Shown here piece after piece: positions 20,700-30,297 of a stretch of DNA of 64,000 nucleotides (positions within the stretch are counted from its first letter, which is position 1; each line of letters starts with the position of its first letter). The notes beneath the pieces are model-generated. The model saw only the letters and a list, made by a program, of their open reading frames with translations. It had not been told where the DNA came from and ran no database searches. Source of the stretch: an uncultured Gemmatimonadaceae bacterium (lineage in GTDB: Bacteria; Gemmatimonadota; Gemmatimonadetes; Gemmatimonadales; Gemmatimonadaceae); NCBI GenBank assembly GCA_963740355.1, contig CAVUDW010000001.1:64001-128000 (forward strand), written 5' to 3'. The translations under genes were made by a program, and so were the position numbers.

Positions 20700-21029
20700 T
20701 CAGCGGGAGCGCGCATCCACGACCGCAGAGATCGCGCGCATCGCGTCAGCGGCGCGTGCATCGAGTGTTGACGGATCGTCAGCAGCAGCCTCGAATGCAT
20801 ACGTCACCAGCGCATCTGCCGTCAGCAGGTCGAGCGCCGCATCACGCTGCGTCGACCCGCTGCCAATGATGTTGGCAAGCAGCGCCTGTCCGGCTTCCAG
20901 CAATGCTGGCGCCACGGCGACATCCGGCCGCGCGTCTTCAGCGTTGAGAATGCCGTCCAGTCGCGCCCGCAACGCCACCGGCGGTTGCTCGGCGTGTGCC
21001 GCGACCCATTCCCCTGCTGGTGTAGCCAT
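20700..21029 (-). CDS. Hypothetical protein (109 aa, helical)
   Basis: AGGAG RBS before the ATG; co-oriented between alaS and the phosphatase gene. Confidence 0.7.
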   Translation of the reverse strand: MATPAGEWVAAHAEQPPVALRARLDGILNAEDARPDVAVAPALLEAGQALLANIIGSGSTQRDAALDLLTADALVTYAFEAAADDPSTLDARAADAMRAISAVVDARSR

Positions 21030-21065
21030 GCGCGCTCCTTGAAGGCAATTCCGATCGACCGCTAC

Positions 21066-23819
21066 TCACGCACCAAGTGCCGACGCGACCACCCGAGCCA
21101 CTGCTTCGAGCACGGCTGCGACGGCATCTGCACTCGGCAATCCGGCCTGCGCCATGTGCGGCTTCCCGCCCCCGCGCCCACCACCGATGGCAGCCAACTC
21201 CTTCACCAGCGCGTCGGCGCCAACACCACGCGCGCGAACGTCATCGGTGACCGTGACGACCATCGCCGACTTCCCGTCCTCGAACCTGGCCGCCACGACA
21301 CCGATGCCGTTCGTGCCGAGCTGGTCGCGCATGGCATCACCGAGGGCAAGCAGCGCCTTCATGTCGGGAATGCCCGACACCTCGCCGCTCGCGACCTTCA
21401 CGCCGCCGATCGTCGCGGCCTTGCCGAGCAGGTCCGCCAAACCACCGCCGCCACCCTTCATCGCGTCCGCGAGACGCTTCTCGAGAGCCTTCCGGTCGTC
21501 CAGCAACGATTGGACCTTCTTCGGCACCGCATCGACCGGGGCCTTGAGGAGTTCCGCAGCCTCATGCAACAACGTCTCGCGCGAGCGCATGAACGCGAAC
21601 GCCGCACGCGCCGTCAACCCTTCGACACGCCGCACGCCCGCGGCAACGCCCGTCTCATGCACGAACACGAACACACCGATTTCGGCGGTGTTGCGCACGT
21701 GGGTGCCACCACACAATTCCTTCGAGAACGGGCCGATACCAACCACGCGCACTGTGTCGCCATACTTCTCGTTGAACAGCGCCGTCGCACCATCCGCGAT
21801 TGCGTCGGCGTGTTTCATGATCCGCGTGGCGACCGGCGTCCCCTGCCAGATTTCCCGATTCACGATCGACTCGATCTGCGCGCGCTGTTCAGGCGTCACG
21901 GGGCCGTGATGCGTGAAGTCGAAACGCAGGCGATCTGCACTCACCAGCGAGCCGGCCTGGTGCACATGCTCGCCGAGCACTTGCCGCAGTGCGGCGTGCA
22001 GCAGATGGGTGGCCGTGTGATTGCGCTCGATGTCGCGACGCACAGACGCCGGGACGCTGGCGTGCACGGTTCCAAACGACACGTGCCCGCTCGCCGTCCC
22101 GATCACCGCGGTGCGACCATCGATTTTCTTCACATCCTCGACGTCGAGAATCCAGCCGTCGCCCTTCACCGTGCCGCGATCGGACACCTGGCCGCCAGAC
22201 TCGGCGTAGAACGGCGAATCCCGAAGGATGAGCGCCGTGCGGCCGTCCTCGAGTGGGCGGATCGCGCCGATCGGCGTGGTTGTCTCCAGCACGTCGTAGC
22301 CGACGAACTGCGCCTCGGCGAGCGTGGCGGGCTCCAGCTGCCAGGTCGAGAAATCCGCCAGCACGTCCGCACTGACGCCGAGTTTGCGGCTCTTCCGGTC
22401 TTCCTGTGACTGCGACCGCTGCACTTGCAGTGCGGCGTCAAAGCCAGCGATGTCCACGAGGTAGCCGCGTTCGCGTGCCATCAACTCGGTGAGGTCGATC
22501 GGGAAGCCGTACGTGTCATAGAGCATGAACACGTCCTGCCCGCTCAATGTCCCCCGGATCGCCGTTGACCCCTGCGTGCTGCCAAGCGGTGCGAGTTCCT
22601 CGAAGCGCGTCATACCCGCATCGATCGTGGCGAGGAATCGCACCTCCTCGGCACGCGTAGTGTCCAGGATGTGCTTGGATCGCGCACGAAGCTCGGGGAA
22701 GAAATCACCCATGCTGTCGATCACTGCCTGGACGACATGCACGAGCGTCGGTTCGCGCCGACCCAACAACCAGGCGTGACGCACGCCCCGGCGCAGGATC
22801 CGGCGCAGCACGTACCCGCGGCCGTCATTCGACGGAAAGACTCCATCGGCCAGCAGGAATGCGGTCGCGCGCGCGTGGTCCGCCAACACGCGGAAGCTGG
22901 CCGGATCGATCTGCTTCCCGTTCGCGTCATGCGCCGTACCAACACCAACACCCGGCCGATACGGGTATGTGATCCCGACCGCCGACTCCACCGCACTGAT
23001 GAGTGGTGCAAACACATCGGTGTGGAAGTTGTTGCTGACGCCCTGCATGACTGCCGCAATGCGTTCGAGGCCGGCACCGGTGTCGACACTCGGTGCGGGC
23101 AACGGCAGGTTGGTGCCGTCAGCCTGCTTGTCGAACTGCATGAACACGAGATTCCAGATCTCGACGAACCGACCGGCTTCCGCGCCCTCGACGAACGCGT
23201 CGAGCGAAAACTCAGTGAGGTCGGTGCGTGTCCACTCGCCGGTCGCTCCCTCGGGGAAGGCCCAGTCGGTGGCGCTCTGTGCGAGGTCGACGAAGATCTC
23301 CGTACACGGACCGCAGGGGCCGGTGTCCGCCATCTGCCAGAAGTTGTCCTTCGCGCCCAGCCCGTAAATGCGGCTTTCCGGCACGTTCGCCACGTCCTTC
23401 CAGAGCTGACGGGCTTCGTCATCCTCGTGGTAGACGGTCACGAACAAACGCTCGCGGGGAATCTTCAGCTCTTCGGTGACGAACTCCCAGGCGAACCGGA
23501 TGGCATCGCGCTTGAAGTAGTCACCGAACGAGAAGTTGCCGAGCATCTCGAAGAAGGTGTGGTGCCTGGCGGTGTGGCCAACCTGTTCGAGGTCGTTGTG
23601 CTTCCCGCCGGCGCGCACGCACTTCTGCGATGTGGTGGCCCGCTTGCCGTAGCTGGTCTCCTCATGCCCGAGGAAGACCCGCTTGAACTGCACCATTCCC
23701 GCGTTGGTGAACAGCAGTGTCGGGTCGTCCGCCGGAACGAGCGACGACGACGGGCGGATGACGTGGTGCTGGCGCTCGAAGTAGGCCAGGAATCGGGAAC
23801 GGATCTCAGACGCGAGCAT
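21066..23819 (-). CDS. alaS: Alanine--tRNA ligase
   Basis: Motifs LFTNAGM, HHTFFEMLGNFSFGDYFK, DTGAGLER, HTATHLLH, ELCGGTH and GGGKPHMAQ. Confidence 0.98.
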   Translation of the reverse strand: MLASEIRSRFLAYFERQHHVIRPSSSLVPADDPTLLFTNAGMVQFKRVFLGHEETSYGKRATTSQKCVRAGGKHNDLEQVGHTARHHTFFEMLGNFSFGDYFKRDAIRFAWEFVTEELKIPRERLFVTVYHEDDEARQLWKDVANVPESRIYGLGAKDNFWQMADTGPCGPCTEIFVDLAQSATDWAFPEGATGEWTRTDLTEFSLDAFVEGAEAGRFVEIWNLVFMQFDKQADGTNLPLPAPSVDTGAGLERIAAVMQGVSNNFHTDVFAPLISAVESAVGITYPYRPGVGVGTAHDANGKQIDPASFRVLADHARATAFLLADGVFPSNDGRGYVLRRILRRGVRHAWLLGRREPTLVHVVQAVIDSMGDFFPELRARSKHILDTTRAEEVRFLATIDAGMTRFEELAPLGSTQGSTAIRGTLSGQDVFMLYDTYGFPIDLTELMARERGYLVDIAGFDAALQVQRSQSQEDRKSRKLGVSADVLADFSTWQLEPATLAEAQFVGYDVLETTTPIGAIRPLEDGRTALILRDSPFYAESGGQVSDRGTVKGDGWILDVEDVKKIDGRTAVIGTASGHVSFGTVHASVPASVRRDIERNHTATHLLHAALRQVLGEHVHQAGSLVSADRLRFDFTHHGPVTPEQRAQIESIVNREIWQGTPVATRIMKHADAIADGATALFNEKYGDTVRVVGIGPFSKELCGGTHVRNTAEIGVFVFVHETGVAAGVRRVEGLTARAAFAFMRSRETLLHEAAELLKAPVDAVPKKVQSLLDDRKALEKRLADAMKGGGGGLADLLGKAATIGGVKVASGEVSGIPDMKALLALGDAMRDQLGTNGIGVVAARFEDGKSAMVVTVTDDVRARGVGADALVKELAAIGGGRGGGKPHMAQAGLPSADAVAAVLEAVARVVASALGA

Positions 23820-23923
23820 AGTCCCGAAATATAGGCGCCACCGAGGGTTACGGCGACGCTCTGGGGTGCGAGTCTGCCAGCCAGCGCCTCGTGGAGTCGC
23901 TCAGCCGCGGAGGCTGTCAGCGC

Positions 23924-24919
23924 TCACTCCCCGTCGTCGAACTCGTCGTCTGGGTCATCCCCGTCGGCACCGGCATCCGCCATGCTGCCCCACCCCTCCA
24001 TCACGCGTCGGACGGCCGGGAAGATCAGGTCCGCTGAAAAACCGCGGCGCATCAGGAATCCGATCAAACGGCGCTGCGCGGTCGCCTTGTCGAAGCTCCG
24101 CAACTGGCGCGCACGCTTGAGCGCCGTGGCTTCGCAGCGTTCGGCATCGTCGACCCCTTCGCTCTCGACCACGGACGCCACCGCGGCATCCGCGACCTCT
24201 TGTGACACGCCGCGCTGACGCAACCGTCGCTTCACAGCTCCTGTGCTCTTGGCGGCGTTCCGCAACTGCGCTGCGGCCTCAGCGAGGGCGAAATCGTCAT
24301 CATTGAGGAGCCCGATGGAGTCCAACCGGCCCAGTGCATCAGCGATGACCGTCTGGTCCAGTTCGCGCCGGCGCAGCCGCATTTCGAGGTCGCGTCGACT
24401 CCGGCGTGAGGTGGACAGCATGCGCAGTGCGGCATCCTGCGCCGTGACGACCCGCGCCTCGCGCGACAGCGCCGCCCAGCTGACGGTGTCGAGCGTCATG
24501 CCGGTCCGCACGTTGAATGCGCGCACCCCGCTCGACCCGATGACGAGGGTGACACTCTGGCCCAGCGCCTGGCAGCGCACACGCACCCGTCCTTTCACGC
24601 GGGGATCTTCCGCCACGTTCATGACGCGAATGGGCGGCACGAGCACCGGGATCTCCTCGCCACCACGCGGCTTGCGCGCGGACGACCGAGGGCTGGTGAG
24701 CGAGCTGCTGTCGTTGATGTCGCGCGCGTTCGATGTCCGTTTCCGGCTGCCCTGGCTTCCGGGGGCTTTCCGGCGCCTCGGACTTTTCTCGCTATTCGGG
24801 CTGTTCGGGCTCGTGGCGGAGCGAGACGAGGGGGCGGCGTCGGAGGTCGCAGGGTACCGGGCCCCGCGCCGCTTCGACTCCACCCCCTCGTTTTCAGATG
24901 CGTCAGAAATTCGCATCAC
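23924..24919 (-). CDS. recX: Regulatory protein RecX with a long N-terminal low-complexity extension (start uncertain)
   Basis: Lies downstream of recA. Motifs 'ALRMLSTSRRSRRDLEMRL', 'GLLNDDDFA', 'LRQRGVS' and 'FLMRRGFS'. Confidence 0.85.
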   Translation of the reverse strand: MMRISDASENEGVESKRRGARYPATSDAAPSSRSATSPNSPNSEKSPRRRKAPGSQGSRKRTSNARDINDSSSLTSPRSSARKPRGGEEIPVLVPPIRVMNVAEDPRVKGRVRVRCQALGQSVTLVIGSSGVRAFNVRTGMTLDTVSWAALSREARVVTAQDAALRMLSTSRRSRRDLEMRLRRRELDQTVIADALGRLDSIGLLNDDDFALAEAAAQLRNAAKSTGAVKRRLRQRGVSQEVADAAVASVVESEGVDDAERCEATALKRARQLRSFDKATAQRRLIGFLMRRGFSADLIFPAVRRVMEGWGSMADAGADGDDPDDEFDDGE

Positions 24920-24960
24920 ACCGCCGCGGCGCGCACACGTTCGGGCATGCGCGCATGCTG

Positions 24961-26013
24961 CTATTCCTCGCCGTCAGCGTCCGGCGGAATCACCGGCTGC
25001 TCGATCATCTTCATGCCCAGCACACCCTTCACCAGCTCTTCGAGTTCGCCCAGCAGTTCGACGTTGTCCTTGAGGAACATCTTGGCATTCTCGCGTCCCT
25101 GACCGATGCGCTGGCCCTTGTAGCTATACCACGAGCCGGCCTTCTCGATGATGTTGCTTTCCGCCGCGATGTCGAGCACCAGCGACGCGTGGCTGATGCC
25201 TTCCGCGTACATGATGTCGAACTCCGCCTGCCGGAACGGTGGCGCGACCTTGTTCTTCACGACCTTCACGCGCACGTGCGAGCCGACCACGTCTTCCTTG
25301 TCCTTGACCGGACCGATGCGACGGATGTCGAGGCGCAGTGACGCGTAGAACTTGAGCGCCTTGCCGCCCGTGGTCGTCTCCGGGCTGCCGAACATGACGC
25401 CGATCTTTTCGCGCAGCTGGTTGATGAAGATCACGGACGTGTTCGAGCGCGCGATGGCGCCGGTCAGCTTGCGCAGCGCCTGACTCATGAGGCGCGCCTG
25501 CAGGCCGACGAAGCTGTCACCCATGTCGCCTTCGATTTCCGCCTTCGGCACCAGTGCTGCCACGGAGTCGATCACGATCACGTCCACCGCCCCGCTGCGC
25601 ACCAGGATTTCGCAGATCTCGAGCGCCTGCTCGCCGGTGTCAGGCTGGCTGATGAGCATGTTCTCGACATCCACACCGAGCTTCCGTGCATACTCGGTAT
25701 CCAGCGCATGCTCCGCGTCGATGAAGGCAGCGACGCCGCCCATCTTCTGCGCGTTCGCGACGACGTGCAGACAGAGCGTCGTCTTGCCGCTCGATTCCGG
25801 GCCGTAGATCTCGGTCACACGACCGCGCGGCACACCACCGATGCCAATCGCGGCATCGAGGTTGATGGCGCCGGTCGGGATCGCGTCGACCTTGATCCGG
25901 GTGTCCATGCCGAGCCGCATGATGGAACCCTTGCCGCAGTTCTTCTCGATCTGCGCCACAGCCAGGGCGAGGGCCTTCTTCTTGTTGTCGTCTGCAATCG
26001 CCATCGATGCCAT
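24961..26013 (-). CDS. recA: Recombinase RecA
   Basis: Motifs [23 protein letters not shown] and [10 protein letters not shown]. An AGGAG RBS lies 8 nt before the ATG at 26013. Confidence 0.99.
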   Translation of the reverse strand: MASMAIADDNKKKALALAVAQIEKNCGKGSIMRLGMDTRIKVDAIPTGAINLDAAIGIGGVPRGRVTEIYGPESSGKTTLCLHVVANAQKMGGVAAFIDAEHALDTEYARKLGVDVENMLISQPDTGEQALEICEILVRSGAVDVIVIDSVAALVPKAEIEGDMGDSFVGLQARLMSQALRKLTGAIARSNTSVIFINQLREKIGVMFGSPETTTGGKALKFYASLRLDIRRIGPVKDKEDVVGSHVRVKVVKNKVAPPFRQAEFDIMYAEGISHASLVLDIAAESNIIEKAGSWYSYKGQRIGQGRENAKMFLKDNVELLGELEELVKGVLGMKMIEQPVIPPDADGEE

Positions 26014-26103
26014 CTCGGTATCTCCTGCATGGAAGGGTCGCGGCGCCACCGGGCCCGGAACCGCAATCTAGTGAATCCGGGCAAAGGCCCCCGGCGCCCG
26101 AAG

Positions 26104-26132
26104 AGAATACGAAACCGAACAAAAGCCGTCAA
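26104..26132 (-). promoter_or_regulatory. Sigma70-type promoter for recA
   Basis: The minus strand reads TTGACG-17 nt-TATTCT about 90 nt upstream of the recA start. Confidence 0.65.
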
Positions 26133-26165
26133 GGGGTCTTCGAAAACCCGTGACGTGGGCCAGAC

Positions 26166-26555
26166 TCAGTGGACGGCGAAGGCTGGGAAGGCGGCCTCCA
26201 CGTGCCGCACCCCGACGCCCTCGCGGCTGGCCACCACCCCGACGATGTCGAACCGGTACACGGCCCCGGCCGGCGCGATGAGCAGGCCGCGTTGATCCAG
26301 CCACGCCTGCGCCGACCGGGTCAGTTCGCGCTGCTTGCGCCAGTTGACGGCCTCCACCGGTCCGCCGGACCAGGTACTGCGCCGAGTCTTCACTTCCACG
26401 AACGCGACGACATTGTCACGCACGGCGACGAGATCGATGTCGCGCCGTCCTGACCGCCACCGCCGATCCACCACCTGCCAGCCATCGCGCACCAGCCAGC
26501 GTGCCGCGATGCGCTCTCCGAGGGCGCCAAGCGCCTGTGCCTTGGTCTGTGTCAT
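26166..26555 (-). CDS. yraN: YraN family (UPF0102) putative endonuclease
   Basis: Motifs 'GALGERIAARWL', 'IDLVA', 'FVEVKTR' and 'RFDIV'. Confidence 0.9.
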   Translation of the reverse strand: MTQTKAQALGALGERIAARWLVRDGWQVVDRRWRSGRRDIDLVAVRDNVVAFVEVKTRRSTWSGGPVEAVNWRKQRELTRSAQAWLDQRGLLIAPAGAVYRFDIVGVVASREGVGVRHVEAAFPAFAVH

Positions 26556-26648
26556 GGGGCGAAGATCGGCCCCTGCTGATGCGAACGCCCACCCGATTCA
26601 CGCACCCATCATCAAACGACGCCGCGCGAGCCGTCGCTGCAAGCGAAC

Positions 26649-26720
26649 CCAGACTCAGCGGTCTGCGGCGATGAAAGCAAACTCCAGACGCAACGGTCTG
26701 CGGCGATGAAAGCAAACTCC
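26649..26720. repeat. Two tandem 35-bp direct repeats
   Basis: CCAGACTCAGCGGTCTGCGGCGATGAAAGCAAACT is followed by CCAGACGCAACGGTCTGCGGCGATGAAAGCAAACT. Each unit contains a CAGAC..GTCTG hairpin. Confidence 0.9.
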
Positions 26721-26722
26721 GA

Positions 26723-26979
26723 AGTCGCCGCTGCGCGGCGACTTGCGCGGAGGTCACGATGAAACGCGGAGGACGCGGAGAACTGCAACAGCAGGTGGTG
26801 GGGGTGCGGAACGCGGCTTCAGCAAGCGGAGCCAGCCTCGGTGTCATTTACACTCGAATCCCTACCAACTCGACATCGCGCGTCTGTGCCACGCAGTACA
26901 CCCACTCCATGCAGTTGCAGTTCTCCGCGTACCACCGCGGCTCACCGCGATCCCCGCGTGGAGCCGCGCAGCGGCGACT
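26723..26979. repeat. Imperfect inverted repeat of about 70 bp flanking a core of about 116 bp (MITE/REP-like)
   Basis: The reverse complement of 26723-26793 aligns with 26910-26979. The inner ends match at 20 of 21 nt, and both outer ends are GCCGCGCAGCGGCGACT. Confidence 0.8.
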
Positions 26980-27158
26980 CGTTGTTTAGTCGGCGAAGCG
27001 AGAACGCCCGGCACGGCGACGCGCAGCGGCGACTCGTTGTTTAGTCCGCGAAGCGAGACCGCCAGGCACGGCGACGCGCAGCGGCGACTCGTTGTTTAGT
27101 CCGCGAAGCGAGACCGCCAGGCACGGTGACGACTCGTTGCTTTGGTAGCGAAGCGAGA
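26965..27158. repeat. 55-bp tandem repeat, three copies plus a degenerate fourth
   Basis: The unit CGCGCAGCGGCGACTCGTTGTTTAGTCCGCGAAGCGAGACCGCCAGGCACGGCGA starts at 26965, 27020 and 27075, with a partial copy at about 27130. Confidence 0.95.
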
Positions 27159-27170
27159 AAATCGCGGAGG

Positions 27171-29528
27171 CTACGACCCGATGATCTCGTCCAGGTCCTG
27201 GAACCCCTTCAGCACATCGCGGGGCTTGCTGCCGTCGGGTGGGCCGAGGATGCCGGCGTCGTGCAGCTGGTCGATGATGCGCGCGGCGCGACCATAGCCG
27301 ACCTTCAGGCGACGCTGCAGCAGCGAGGTGCTCCCGCCCTGATGCTGGATGCAAAGCTCCGCTGCCTCGCGAAACAGCTTGTCGCGATCAACCGGGTCAC
27401 TGCCGTCATCATCGCCGCCGCCCGAGTCGGCCACTTCACGGGCACGGATCTGTTCGAGGATGTCCGGCTCAGCAACCGCCGGCGCCGCTGCCACACCCTG
27501 TGCTTCACGCTCGGCCTCGGTGCGCTCGCGCTGCTGATCGTACCAGTGCATCAGGCGTTCCGTCTCTTCGCTCGACAGGTAGGCGCCCTGCAGGCGGCCG
27601 GGCTCCGACTTGCCGGGCGGCAGGAAGAGCATGTCGCCGTTGCCCAGCAGCGACTCGGCGCCCGATCCATCGAGGATCGTGCGACTGTCGATCTGGCTCG
27701 CCACGCGGAAGGCAATTCGGCTCGGGAAGTTCGCCTTGATCAACCCGGTGATGACGTTCACGCTGGGACGCTGTGTCGCGAGGATCAGGTGGATGCCGAT
27801 GGCGCGTGCCTTCTGCGCCAGCATCGCAATCGGCGTCTCGACCTCGCCCTGCACCGTCATCATCAGGTCGGCCATTTCGTCGATGATCACCACGATGTAT
27901 GGCAGGATGCCACCATCGTAGGTGTTGACCTCGAACGCGACCTCGGGGTTGCGCGGCTTTTGCAGTCGCGCGCCTTCCTGCACGCGACGGTTGAAATCCT
28001 GCACGTTGCGACAGCCGTTGGCCGCCAGCAGCGCGTAGCGATCCTGCATCTCGAGCACCGCCCATTTCAGCACGGCTGCGGCGTCGCGGTTATCCGTGAT
28101 CACCTTGTGCCGCAGGTGCGGCAGTGTGTTGTACACCGACAGCTCGACCATCTTCGGGTCGACCATCAGGAAACGCAGCGTCGCCGGCGTGTGCCGGTAG
28201 ATCAGCGATGTGATGATCGTGTTGACACAGACCGACTTGCCTGAGCCCGTTGCGCCGGCGATGAGCAGGTGCGGCATCTTCGCGAGGTCGGCGATGACCG
28301 GACGACCCTCGAGATCCTTGCCCAACGCCACCGGCAATGCTGCACGGGCGGACATGTATTCCGGGTGTTCGACGATCTCGCGGAACGCGACCATCTCCGG
28401 GTTCGGGTTCGGCACTTCGATGCCGACTGCGCCCTTCCCCGGGATCGGCGCCACGATGCGGATGCTGTTCGCACGCATGGCCAGCGCAAGGTCGTTCGAC
28501 AGCGAGGCGAACTGTCGCACCTTCACCCCTGCCGCCGGCTCCACCTCGAACTGCGTGACCGTTGGCCCCGTCGTGCGACCAACCAGTTGCCCCTCGACGC
28601 GGAACGTCTTGAGGGCGGCCATCAGGCGGACGCCGGATGCATCCAGCTCGCGACGGTTCGCGTCCACATTCCGCGGCGGCGGTTCCGTCAACAGCGAGGT
28701 GGGTGGCAGCAGCGAATTCGCGTCGTCGTCCTCAGGGACCGCGGTCGCCTCGATCGCGGCGTTCACGCGCGCTTCTCGTGACGGGGCCGCAGGCTTCAGC
28801 TTCGGGGCGATCGGCAGCACAACGGCCGCCGGGCCATCCTCTTCCTCGTCCAGGTCATCGGTGTCCACGATGACGGGCTGCTTCTTTCCGCGCGTCGTCG
28901 TCGTGACGGGCTTCGAGTCACGGGCCAGCGGTGCGGAGGGATAGTCGTCGATCGCCGGCATTTCCTCAGGCGGCGGAGCCATTTGCAGCGCCGCCAGGGC
29001 CGCATCGCGCGACGGAGTGAGCGCCGCGGCCACCTTCGGCGCGCGATCGAAGAGCGCCAGCACCGGGTTCCATGCCAGTGTGCCGATCGTGAGCGCTGAG
29101 ATGCCTGCCAGCACCGCCATCCAGGCGCCGACATATCCGATCAGCTTGATCAGGTAGAATGCGATCATCCCGCCCCAGACACCGGCCACCAGGCTCGTGT
29201 CTCGACCCACGCGCAAGCCAAGGGCAAATCCGATCGGCACCAGCAGCAGGAGTCCGCTGAGGAACCAGAGCCAGGAACGGTCTTCGCCGCGATTGAGGCG
29301 ACCGAGCAACCGGAGGCCATGCACGGCAGGAAGCACCGGCAGGAAGACGACGCCACTCCAGCCGAGAATCGTGACCAGCGGTGCCACGATCGCCGCGCCG
29401 ATTGCACCGAACGCGCCGCGCACCTCCAGCAAGCCGCCGTCGGTGCCGATGGCATACGTCATCAGCAGGCCGACCAGGAAGAGGGCCAGCAACAACAGGC
29501 CCACGCCGCTCAATTCACGCTTCACCAC
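27171..29528 (-). CDS. ftsK: DNA translocase FtsK
   Basis: 4TM N-domain, PHLLIAGATGSGKSV, DPKMVEL, IDEMADLM, ATQRPSV and gamma domain LQRRLKVGYGRAARII. Confidence 0.97.
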   Translation of the reverse strand: MVKRELSGVGLLLLALFLVGLLMTYAIGTDGGLLEVRGAFGAIGAAIVAPLVTILGWSGVVFLPVLPAVHGLRLLGRLNRGEDRSWLWFLSGLLLLVPIGFALGLRVGRDTSLVAGVWGGMIAFYLIKLIGYVGAWMAVLAGISALTIGTLAWNPVLALFDRAPKVAAALTPSRDAALAALQMAPPPEEMPAIDDYPSAPLARDSKPVTTTTRGKKQPVIVDTDDLDEEEDGPAAVVLPIAPKLKPAAPSREARVNAAIEATAVPEDDDANSLLPPTSLLTEPPPRNVDANRRELDASGVRLMAALKTFRVEGQLVGRTTGPTVTQFEVEPAAGVKVRQFASLSNDLALAMRANSIRIVAPIPGKGAVGIEVPNPNPEMVAFREIVEHPEYMSARAALPVALGKDLEGRPVIADLAKMPHLLIAGATGSGKSVCVNTIITSLIYRHTPATLRFLMVDPKMVELSVYNTLPHLRHKVITDNRDAAAVLKWAVLEMQDRYALLAANGCRNVQDFNRRVQEGARLQKPRNPEVAFEVNTYDGGILPYIVVIIDEMADLMMTVQGEVETPIAMLAQKARAIGIHLILATQRPSVNVITGLIKANFPSRIAFRVASQIDSRTILDGSGAESLLGNGDMLFLPPGKSEPGRLQGAYLSSEETERLMHWYDQQRERTEAEREAQGVAAAPAVAEPDILEQIRAREVADSGGGDDDGSDPVDRDKLFREAAELCIQHQGGSTSLLQRRLKVGYGRAARIIDQLHDAGILGPPDGSKPRDVLKGFQDLDEIIGS

Positions 29529-29532
29529 CCGC

Positions 29533-30294
29533 TCACACCCCTCGGTCGGTCACCGCTCCAGACGGCACGCGACGGACGATCGCGCGCTCAGTGTACTCGG
29601 CCAGCTCAGGGTACAAGTCCAGCACGCCACAGGCCTGCACATCCTTTTCGAAGCCCGCATCAGACAAGGCGCGCCCATGCTCCGCGTCAGCAAACAGCGC
29701 AAGCAGGTCGTCGCCGTATTTCGCGGCCAGCAGCGCGCACATCTGCGCCGCGTCATTGATCGATAGCGTCGGGTTGGCGTCGCGCAACTGCAGCACGAAG
29801 CGTCCAGCGCAGGCCGAATCCTCGAGTGAGGGAGTGCCTTCGCTCGAGGCACAGATGATCGAGACGCGATGGCCCGTGTCCAGCGCCTGCTGCAGTCGCG
29901 CCAGCGTGACGGAGAAGTTCGCGTAACTCGCGACATAGACCGCCTTCGCATCTTCGGCGGCGAGCAGGGCGCGTGTCCCGTTGGTGGTCGTCAGCAGGAC
30001 AGTCTGCTGACCGACTGCGGCGACCGTGAACTCGAGCGGGCCGTTGCCGAGATCGAACCCTGGAATGGCCACCATGTGACGCTCGCCGGCCAGCTTCACC
30101 TCGCCACGCTCATACAACTTCGCCGTCCGAACCGCGTCTTCCGTCTCCACGAATGGAATCACAGTACGGGCACCGGCATGCAAGGCGGCCGCGATCGTCG
30201 TCGTGGCGCGCAAGACATCGATGACGGCAACGACACGCCCATCCAGCGCCGTCGGGGTCAGCTCCGACGGGGCCAGGAACACTTCAAGGCGCAC
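29533..30294 (-). CDS. comB: 2-phosphosulfolactate phosphatase family protein
   Basis: Motifs VIDVLRATTTI, LAGER, FDLGN, TTTNGT and EDSACAG. Confidence 0.88.
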   Translation of the reverse strand: MRLEVFLAPSELTPTALDGRVVAVIDVLRATTTIAAALHAGARTVIPFVETEDAVRTAKLYERGEVKLAGERHMVAIPGFDLGNGPLEFTVAAVGQQTVLLTTTNGTRALLAAEDAKAVYVASYANFSVTLARLQQALDTGHRVSIICASSEGTPSLEDSACAGRFVLQLRDANPTLSINDAAQMCALLAAKYGDDLLALFADAEHGRALSDAGFEKDVQACGVLDLYPELAEYTERAIVRRVPSGAVTDRGV

Positions 30295-30297
30295 CCC

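Noticed and set aside
26649..27158. CRISPR array
   Set aside because: The units are head-to-tail tandem copies with no unique spacers, and there are no cas genes in the window.
29533..30294. Coenzyme M biosynthesis inferred from comB
   Set aside because: No comA/comC/comDE in the window. ComB-like phosphatases are widespread in bacteria without CoM.
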